Shown piece by piece: positions 60,222-64,000 of a stretch of DNA of 64,000 nt (the stretch's first letter is position 1; every line of letters starts with the position of its first letter). The translations under genes and the position numbers were made by a program. The stretch lies in IMG/VR virus record IMGVR_UViG_3300027762_000001; one strand, given 5' to 3'. This stretch comes from a virus. Under the pieces are notes generated by a model. The model was not told the DNA's origin, did no database searches, and saw only the letters and a program-made list of their open reading frames with translations.

Positions 60222-62189
60222 ATGAGTGATATAAATAAAGACATAACAGAATTAGATGAACTTCCAATGAACGCCATAGATCTTGACAATCCTCTTGATG
60301 GTGATGATAAAAAAATTGCAATGTTAAGAGAGGAAAAAGATAAGGCTATAAGTATGGTGAAGATTGCATCTTTTGATGGAAGACTTCAAGACCCATACCC
60401 TACTCCATTTTTAAATTTATCCGATACCAAGATACCTAGGACATCAACTGAAATTTTTAAATGGTGTAAATATTTTTATACTTTTGACCCGCTAATTGCA
60501 GGAGCCATTAATGCACTATCCACTTTTCCAGTTACTGAAATTTATTTAGAAGATGTAGATGAAAACGGAAAAGGCGATAAAAATGAAGATAGTGATACTT
60601 TAATTTTATATAAAAAAATCTTTTTTAAAGATTTAAATATATATAAAATGTTAATTGAAATAGGTATAGATTATTATTTGTATGGCAACTGCTTTATATT
60701 TGGAGAACTACATACAAATAAAGCAACTGGTAGTGTTGAGTGGAAGAACATGGTGAGACTTGATCCTAATAGAGTTATTATAGATTATAACCCGGCTACA
60801 AAAGAAAAGAAATTTAAATGGAGAGTATCTCCATCTATTGCTAAAATTATAAAAGATAAAAAGCCAAAAGATGAGTATAATAAAATACCAGATATAATGA
60901 AAGAGGCAGTACTTAAAAATAACTCTATAGTATTAAATTCAAATAATATATATCACTTCCCAAGACCTACAGATTCAGCGGGAGATAATAATATTTGGGG
61001 AACACCTATTATTGCAAATGTACTAAAACTTTTAATGTATAGAAATATATTAAGACAATCTCAGGAGGCTATTGCGAGAGAACATATAGTGCCTATGAGA
61101 GTTTATTATTTAGATAGAACCAATGATTATAATCCTACGGCTGATTGGAATAAAGTTGCATCTAACTTTGCTGCTGAACTTAATAAATCAGTAAAAGACC
61201 CTAATTATAAAGTTGTATCTCCTGTTCCTGTTAATTTGATAAATGTTGGAGGTCAAGGAAGGGCTTTATTATTAACTCCAGAAATAGAGCAAATACAAGC
61301 TGAGATTTTGGCAGGAATGAATGTTCCAAGAGAGTTTATATTTGGTGGAGTTGGTTATTCTGGAAGTTCTATATCTTTAAAAATATTAGAAAATCAGTTT
61401 ATAACTTATAGACTTTTACTAAAAGACTTTATGCAAAACTTTATAATAAAAAATATGGCTAAAGCTAGAAAAGAATGGGTTAGTGAAAAGGATGATAGTT
61501 CATTAATTACAGTTAAAATGATGGACTTAAAAATGCAAGATGACGTACAGCAAAAACAATTAGTAATACAATTAAATCAAGCTGGCAAATGTACTAATGA
61601 GTATATGTGGAAAGTTATAGGAATGGACCCTGATAAAATGAGGGAGTCATTAAAAGATGAAGCAATAGAAGCTATAAAAACTGATACAGAAATAAAAATG
61701 GAGCAGTTAAAATCACAATTAGAACTTCAAAAGGTGCAGATGCAAGTAGATCAAGAAATAAGAAAATTCCAATTAGAGATGTATAAAAGTGACCCACAAA
61801 TGAATCAGGAAGAAGCTCAAATGAGTCAGGAACAACAAATGATGCAACAGCCTATGCAAGGACAGGGTCAAAGTCAAGACCAAGGTATGCATCCAGCGGC
61901 ACAAGGTCAAATGCAACCAGAGCAAATGCAACCAGAGCAAAATCCAGCTATTGACGAATCTGATGTCGTCAATGAGGATGCTCAGATTCAAAATGTTGCT
62001 CTTCAATTAATTAAAACAGGGGAAAAAGGAAGAGATGCTTTCTTAGCTTCCTTGCCTGATAGATATAAACAAAAAGTTATAAAGAAAATGCAAGAATTAA
62101 CAACATCTATGAATAATCAGCAAGGTGCAGGAATAGATATGAGACCTATGCCAGAACAAAAACCACCAAGAAGAGATAGCCTAAAATAA
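60222..62189 (+). CDS. Portal protein
   Basis: DPLIAGAIN...YLYGNCF...LDPNRV...WGTPII...ILAGMNVP; Q-rich tail. Confidence 0.75.
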   Translation: MSDINKDITELDELPMNAIDLDNPLDGDDKKIAMLREEKDKAISMVKIASFDGRLQDPYPTPFLNLSDTKIPRTSTEIFKWCKYFYTFDPLIAGAINALSTFPVTEIYLEDVDENGKGDKNEDSDTLILYKKIFFKDLNIYKMLIEIGIDYYLYGNCFIFGELHTNKATGSVEWKNMVRLDPNRVIIDYNPATKEKKFKWRVSPSIAKIIKDKKPKDEYNKIPDIMKEAVLKNNSIVLNSNNIYHFPRPTDSAGDNNIWGTPIIANVLKLLMYRNILRQSQEAIAREHIVPMRVYYLDRTNDYNPTADWNKVASNFAAELNKSVKDPNYKVVSPVPVNLINVGGQGRALLLTPEIEQIQAEILAGMNVPREFIFGGVGYSGSSISLKILENQFITYRLLLKDFMQNFIIKNMAKARKEWVSEKDDSSLITVKMMDLKMQDDVQQKQLVIQLNQAGKCTNEYMWKVIGMDPDKMRESLKDEAIEAIKTDTEIKMEQLKSQLELQKVQMQVDQEIRKFQLEMYKSDPQMNQEEAQMSQEQQMMQQPMQGQGQSQDQGMHPAAQGQMQPEQMQPEQNPAIDESDVVNEDAQIQNVALQLIKTGEKGRDAFLASLPDRYKQKVIKKMQELTTSMNNQQGAGIDMRPMPEQKPPRRDSLK

Positions 62190-62201
62190 GGATGTGATTA
62201 A

Positions 62202-62417
62202 ATGAAAAGAGGAATAAAAACATTTATACTTCCTATGCAGGATAAAGAAGCTTCAATTTTTATGAATAATAAAGATATAGTTGTAACACTAAAGGAGAGA
62301 CACTTTGCCCCAAAAGAGGGATTACTATATTTATATATAGAATATGACGACTTCGCTCCTGAAGGTGAAGATTATGAAGATTGTGATGAAGGTGGGTGTT
62401 TATTAAATGATACATGA
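62202..62417 (+). CDS. Small hypothetical protein between portal and RNAP
   Basis: 71 aa; overlaps the RNAP start. Confidence 0.55.
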   Translation: MKRGIKTFILPMQDKEASIFMNNKDIVVTLKERHFAPKEGLLYLYIEYDDFAPEGEDYEDCDEGGCLLNDT

Positions 62418-64000
62418 AAAAACTGAAGATTTAAAAAGAAGACTTATGAATTTTATGCAGAGGAATACACCCATTAAGGCTGATACTAGAAGTTTACATA
62501 TTGAGAACTTAACTATAACAGAGCCTTCAGCAGTAAATGATTTAGACCAACAGCTTAACATGAAGTATTCTGAATCAGGAAATTTAAAGGGTTGGCTTAG
62601 GGGAAATGTTACAGTTACAGACAATAAAACAAATAAAGAAATAGCAAAAACTAATCCGATAAATTTAATACCTGTATATTATATGACTGATAGAGGTACA
62701 TATATAAGTAATGGTATTGAGAAAAATATTTTAACTCAAATGAGATTAAAACCTGGAGTCTATACTGAAAAAGGTGCTGACATAAGAACCAATCTTATGT
62801 TTGATATGACAAAACAGTATCTTCCTAGAATAGATATTATATTTGATCCAGGTGCAATGTCATTTAAAATTATTATAAAAAGAGGAAAAGACACTAAATT
62901 TGATGGCATTGGATTTTTAAGAGAATTAGGTTTTTCTGATGCTGAAATAAAAAGAGCTATTGGTAACGATTCAGTTTCTGATATGCTATTTTCAGTAAGC
63001 AGAGAAAGAAAAAGTATATACGATATATTTAAAGCTATAACTGGTAAAACATCTAGTGATACGCCAGATAAAACAAGAGATATGTTATTTTCTTATTTTG
63101 ATAATGAAATGACGTTTGGAGAAGATGGTAAGGAGTCAGTTAAATCAACTATAAATTCAAGTTCTAAAAGTTTAAATAAAGATATAATATTAAGGTCTGT
63201 AAATAAAAACTTTGCGGTATTTAGAAATGAAGTTGAAGAAGACGATAAAGATGATTTAAGATTTAAAGTTGTATCAGATGATAATGATTTGATAATGGAA
63301 GAAGTTGCACAAGACTTTGAGGTATTTAAATCATCTGTAATAAATACTTTAAATACAAGAGAAGTTTTAAATTCATCAGACTTAAGAGGATTAACTAAGT
63401 TAGGGAAAAATATTGATAAATTCATGAAAGAAAGTGATTTATCGCAAAATCCGGAACAGACTAATCCACTAGAAATAGCATCCATTGATAGAAAAGTTAC
63501 TCAGATAGGTGGGTTTCAAGGTATATCAAAAGACAATGCTGACAAAGTTATTAAACCAAGAAACTTAAAAGCTATGGCAATTAATAGATTAGATCCAGTT
63601 GAAACTCCAGAGTCAACAAAGATAGGATTAATAGAACATTTAACTCAAAGTGCTGAGGTTAAAAATAAAACTATTAGTACAGAGTTTATAAAAGTAAAAG
63701 ATGGCGTTGCCGTAAATACTCTTGCCAATGTAGTTAAATTAACTCCAGATAAAGAGTATGACTCTAAAGTTGCCTTTTATGATTTAAGATATATAAGAAA
63801 AGATGGTAACAAAATAATATTTACAAAAGATGTAATTCCAGGAAGATATAAAAGTAAAATTCAAGATATTCATATAAGTGAAATACAGTATGTTGATAGA
63901 GCTCCGCAAAACCTTTTAAATTATGCTGCAAATATGATACCCTTCGTAAGTCATGATGATGGAAACAGAACACTTATGGGTACTAATATGCAAAGACAGG
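62407..64000 (+). CDS. rpoB: Phage multisubunit RNA polymerase beta-subunit homolog (3' truncated; absent from ORF track)
   Basis: Open to the window end; PVYYMTDRGTYISNG...QMRLKPGVY, DDKDDL, LSQNPEQTNPL, RLDPVETPESTKIGL, MIPFVSHDDGNRTLMGTNMQRQ. Confidence 0.92.
   Translation, partial: MIHEKTEDLKRRLMNFMQRNTPIKADTRSLHIENLTITEPSAVNDLDQQLNMKYSESGNLKGWLRGNVTVTDNKTNKEIAKTNPINLIPVYYMTDRGTYISNGIEKNILTQMRLKPGVYTEKGADIRTNLMFDMTKQYLPRIDIIFDPGAMSFKIIIKRGKDTKFDGIGFLRELGFSDAEIKRAIGNDSVSDMLFSVSRERKSIYDIFKAITGKTSSDTPDKTRDMLFSYFDNEMTFGEDGKESVKSTINSSSKSLNKDIILRSVNKNFAVFRNEVEEDDKDDLRFKVVSDDNDLIMEEVAQDFEVFKSSVINTLNTREVLNSSDLRGLTKLGKNIDKFMKESDLSQNPEQTNPLEIASIDRKVTQIGGFQGISKDNADKVIKPRNLKAMAINRLDPVETPESTKIGLIEHLTQSAEVKNKTISTEFIKVKDGVAVNTLANVVKLTPDKEYDSKVAFYDLRYIRKDGNKIIFTKDVIPGRYKSKIQDIHISEIQYVDRAPQNLLNYAANMIPFVSHDDGNRTLMGTNMQRQ

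Noticed and set aside
62407-64000. Host rpoB marking a prophage boundary
   Set aside because: Highly diverged and shortened, overlaps a phage gene next to the portal, no rplL or other ribosomal-protein context
1-64000. Stop-codon reassignment
   Set aside because: Genes are full length in code 11 and end in TAA, TAG and TGA with tight packing

Overview
A 64-kb piece of a large, AT-rich, contractile-tailed (myovirus-like) phage genome. It probably infects a spore-forming Firmicute, since it carries SpoIIID- and AbrB-like regulators, sigmaA-type promoters and Gram-positive lysins. No host genes, integrase or terminase are seen. Layout: (i) 1-6.8 kb (+): end of a primase-helicase-type ATPase, small basic amphipathic peptides, a J-domain protein, a 157-nt tRNA-like RNA and a UvsW-like helicase. 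(ii) 6.8-43.8 kb (-): prohead protease, scaffolds, capsid, neck, sheath, tube, frameshifted tail chaperones, tape measure, baseplate with several peptidoglycan hydrolases, a sigma70-like factor, fibres/Kelch-like adhesin and lysis genes. (iii) 44.0-44.7 kb: a palindromic, iteron-rich origin-like element at the strand switch. (iv) 44.8-53 kb (+): DNA metabolism and regulators. (v) 53-64 kb (+): putative inner-head proteins, WYL protein, portal, and an RNA polymerase beta-subunit homolog that runs off the window and is missing from the ORF track. Best candidate for a new system: a K-x-A/S tag, often F(M/I)EKxA, recurs in nearly all head proteins and at the N-terminus of the sigma factor. Together with the portal-adjacent RNAP beta and a repeated non-sigmaA intergenic motif (ATAGTATAAGnnATAAAAGCA), this suggests a protease-matured, virion-packaged RNAP-sigma holoenzyme and polyprotein-like ejection proteins. 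All product calls come from motif recognition by eye; no database searches were run.
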